A stretch of 44,507 nt of DNA, taken from IMG/VR virus record IMGVR_UViG_3300033407_000036, positions 1-44,507 of that record. One strand, written 5' to 3'. Positions 42,156 through 44,507 of this stretch are shown piece after piece. Numbering within the stretch: the first letter of the stretch is position 1; each line of letters starts with the position of its first letter. Under the pieces are notes generated by a model. That model saw only the letters and a program-made list of their open reading frames with translations. It was not told where the DNA came from and ran no database searches. The position numbers were made by a program, and so were the translations under genes. Origin of the DNA: a virus. Its lineage: Duplodnaviria > Caudoviricetes.

Positions 42156-42295
42156 TGGTATTCTGACGAGGCGGGACGCTACTCCCGCTTCCTGTCGTTA
42201 AGCGATGCGCTGCAATACGGACTCGGACGCCTTCGCCGACAGGGCACTGTGCTCCGGCCTGCCGCGTGTCTGCTTTCCACGCCGCTCATCAGAAT
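42156..42295 (-). ncRNA. tRNA-like structured RNA, copy B, ending in ACCA
   Basis: ATTCTGATGAG/CTCGTCAGAAT 11-bp stem plus ACCA; same arms as copy A; CCTGTCG/CGACAGG domain. Confidence 0.8.
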
Positions 42296-42298
42296 CGG

Positions 42299-44431
42299 TT
42301 AGGCTGCCTTGGGGGCGGGTCGTGGCTCAGGCTTCTCAGCCACCTTGCGGGCGGTCTCGGCCTCGAACCATGCAATGTCGAGCTTCTGCTGTTCGAGGCG
42401 CAGCTTCTCGGCCTCAAGCGCCATCTTCTCGGAGTTGGCCTGCGCTTCGGCCTCGGCCTTCATCCGCTCAAGGCTGATCTTCTGAGCATTGAGTTGGGCA
42501 TCGCTCTGGGCCTTGGACGCGCTGATAGCGGCGTCGGCCTGCTGCCGCTGCTGCTCGCCCTGCATCTTGGCGGCCTCAAGTGACTTGTCGGCCTTCAACT
42601 GTTCCAGTTCAGCCGTCTTGGCCTTGAGTTCTTCCATGCCCTTCTGGATGGCTTCCTGCACCTCAGGCGGAATGCCGCCACCAGGCTTCGGAGCCAGGGC
42701 TTCGAGGTCTTCGGCGATCTCGTCGGCGCCCGGCCAGTCGAGGTTCTTCGCCAGGTGCTTGCCGAGGACCGGAGCTGAGGCCGGAAGCGCCCGGATCATC
42801 TCCGTCATCTGGAAGGCGGCTTCCTCGCGCCTCGTGGTGAAGCTCGGCCCTGTGGTGACGGTCAGGTCGTATTTGCCGGCGGACAGGTCGTAGACCTTCG
42901 TCATCGGCTCCATCTGCCCCGTCTCCGGGTTCGGCTGCATCTGGGGCTGGCCCTTGTTGTCCTTGAGCGGGGTGGGCTTGCCGAGCGGGATGTTCTCCGC
43001 CTGCTGGTCCTCACCCAAAACCCGGATGATGCGGTCCTGGGTGTAAATCTTAGGGATGAGGTCGATGAGGATGCGCCCTGCGTGCCGGATGGCGCGGGCC
43101 ATGTTGTCGATGAAGTGGAAGGTCGAGACGTCGCCCTCCCGCTGCCTTGCCATGATGGCTCGGCCGGAGGTCTCGTTGCTGCGCGCCCCTAGAGACGCGT
43201 CATACAGGCCTATGACGGCCTTCATGTCGTCGGAGGCGTTGAGGGCTTCCTGGAGCGCGCCAGCCGCTGGGCCTACGTCCAGGGGCTGCCGTTGCGGCGC
43301 TACCTGTCCGTCGTATTCAAGGTGCGGGATGCTGGCACGATTGGCGTTCGCCCAGTTGGGGTCGGACTTGAACGCTCCCTTCGGGCCGATGAAGGGAACA
43401 CGGGGCGACAGTGCCGCCAGTTCCATCGAGGTCGAGCGCCAGACGTTGAACATCCGCTGCGCGTCGATCGCCGGATGGATCAAGCTGCGGAAGTAGCGCC
43501 GGCCCTTGAGGTTGATCTCCTCGCCGTAGACCGGGACGATGGGGATGAACTGGCCCGGCCATGGGTTTTCAGCAAGGACTTCCGCCCCGTTGAGGATGGT
43601 CTGCTTGACGCGCCAGCACTTGGCCTTGCGCTGCTGGACGATCTTGAGATAGCCCGCGCCGATCTTGAACCTGATTTCGGCCAGTTGCGGCGCCTTCTCC
43701 AAGTCTTCGACCGAGACGATCGTCCCATCCGCGAGCTTCAGGATTTCCTTTTCGTACTGCTCGCGGGTCCACCATTCCGCCACCATGACCTGCTCGTCTT
43801 CGAGCCAGGGGGCTTCCATGTCGGTCCAGTCGGCGCCGCCCCAGTTGACCTGCGTCGCGCCCGGATACTGGCGCTCGAAAGCAGCCTTGGACTGCATGTC
43901 CACGACGAAGGCCGAGTTCCAGTCGGATGAGTCAGCCGCGGTTGAATGCGGGTCGCCGTAGATCGAGAACGGGTTGCCGACGCGCTCGATCAGGATGTCG
44001 AGGTCGAAGGTATCCTCATAAGCGTGCTCGGTGATGATGCGGAAGTAGCCGAAGCCGCCCGATACAGCGCTCTCGGTGGCTGTGTCGTAGGCCACATCGG
44101 CGTTGGAAGCGTACTGGATGTTGCGGATCAGGCCGTCATAGACCTTGGCGGTTTCCTTGTCGGCGCCGCTGTCCTGAGGGTGGACCTTGATCTGCGGCTT
44201 GTTCTGCCGCGAGTCGTTGACAACCTGGCGGATGAAGGCCGGGAGCTTGTTGATGGTGAGGGTGGGGCGACCCTCTTTCTGCCGCTGCGTCTTGATGTCG
44301 GCCAGCCACTGCTCTTCGAGGCGCGCAAAGCGGATATCGTCCTCGGCTGCGGTGCGGTTGTCTGACTCGTGGTCCTCTACAAGGGAGAACTCCTCCTTGG
44401 CGTCCTTGAGGATATCGTCAGAGGTCGCCAT
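42299..44431 (-). CDS. Portal protein, P22-like
   Basis: GRPTLTINKL, FIPIVPVYG, SNETSGRAIMARQ, GKYDLTV, and a long C-terminal coiled-coil barrel. Confidence 0.93.
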   Translation of the reverse strand: MATSDDILKDAKEEFSLVEDHESDNRTAAEDDIRFARLEEQWLADIKTQRQKEGRPTLTINKLPAFIRQVVNDSRQNKPQIKVHPQDSGADKETAKVYDGLIRNIQYASNADVAYDTATESAVSGGFGYFRIITEHAYEDTFDLDILIERVGNPFSIYGDPHSTAADSSDWNSAFVVDMQSKAAFERQYPGATQVNWGGADWTDMEAPWLEDEQVMVAEWWTREQYEKEILKLADGTIVSVEDLEKAPQLAEIRFKIGAGYLKIVQQRKAKCWRVKQTILNGAEVLAENPWPGQFIPIVPVYGEEINLKGRRYFRSLIHPAIDAQRMFNVWRSTSMELAALSPRVPFIGPKGAFKSDPNWANANRASIPHLEYDGQVAPQRQPLDVGPAAGALQEALNASDDMKAVIGLYDASLGARSNETSGRAIMARQREGDVSTFHFIDNMARAIRHAGRILIDLIPKIYTQDRIIRVLGEDQQAENIPLGKPTPLKDNKGQPQMQPNPETGQMEPMTKVYDLSAGKYDLTVTTGPSFTTRREEAAFQMTEMIRALPASAPVLGKHLAKNLDWPGADEIAEDLEALAPKPGGGIPPEVQEAIQKGMEELKAKTAELEQLKADKSLEAAKMQGEQQRQQADAAISASKAQSDAQLNAQKISLERMKAEAEAQANSEKMALEAEKLRLEQQKLDIAWFEAETARKVAEKPEPRPAPKAA

Positions 44432-44507
44432 CACCACCGATCAGCGTATACTTTGACGCCAGTGTGCGGGTCGTGGAAGACAAGCACCCGCTCGGCCTCG
44501 CTCGCAT
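44313..44507. repeat. Terminal direct repeat, right copy
   Basis: Matches 1..195 with one mismatch. Confidence 0.97.

Noticed and set aside
42270-42295. CUGAUGA...GAAA in RNA copy B resembles a hammerhead ribozyme core
   Set aside because: No stem II can form between CUGAUGA and GAAA. CUGAUGAG is paired in the terminal stem, and copy A has CUGGCGAG instead.

Overview
The window is an apparently complete, circularly permuted genome (44,312 bp plus a 195-bp terminal overlap) of a GC-rich temperate P22-like podovirus. The host is probably alphaproteobacterial, judged from GcrA, the DUF1376/DUF6456-type genes and the promoter style. The minus strand carries cro, three DNA methyltransferases, gcrA, replication genes, a Q-like late regulator, terS, a frameshifted terL, and, across the junction, portal, scaffold, coat, neck/tail, ejection, tail-fibre and lysis genes. 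The plus strand carries a short cI, the early-left recombination arm (Gp157-like, Rad52/Sak, NinB-like, HNH), xis/int and an intact attP whose core resembles a tRNA-Leu 3' end. The most unusual features are: (1) two dispersed copies of a tRNA-shaped non-coding RNA with fixed ends and a swapped middle, one with its own sigma70 promoter antisense to the late operon and one ending in ACCA; (2) two sialyl/nonulosonate-transferase-like genes inside the head-neck gene cluster, suggesting virion glycosylation; (3) a zinc-finger protein carrying a copy of the tail-fibre N-terminal motif; (4) a split terminase; (5) multi-copy small paralog families. All family assignments come from motif recognition and synteny; no database searches were run.
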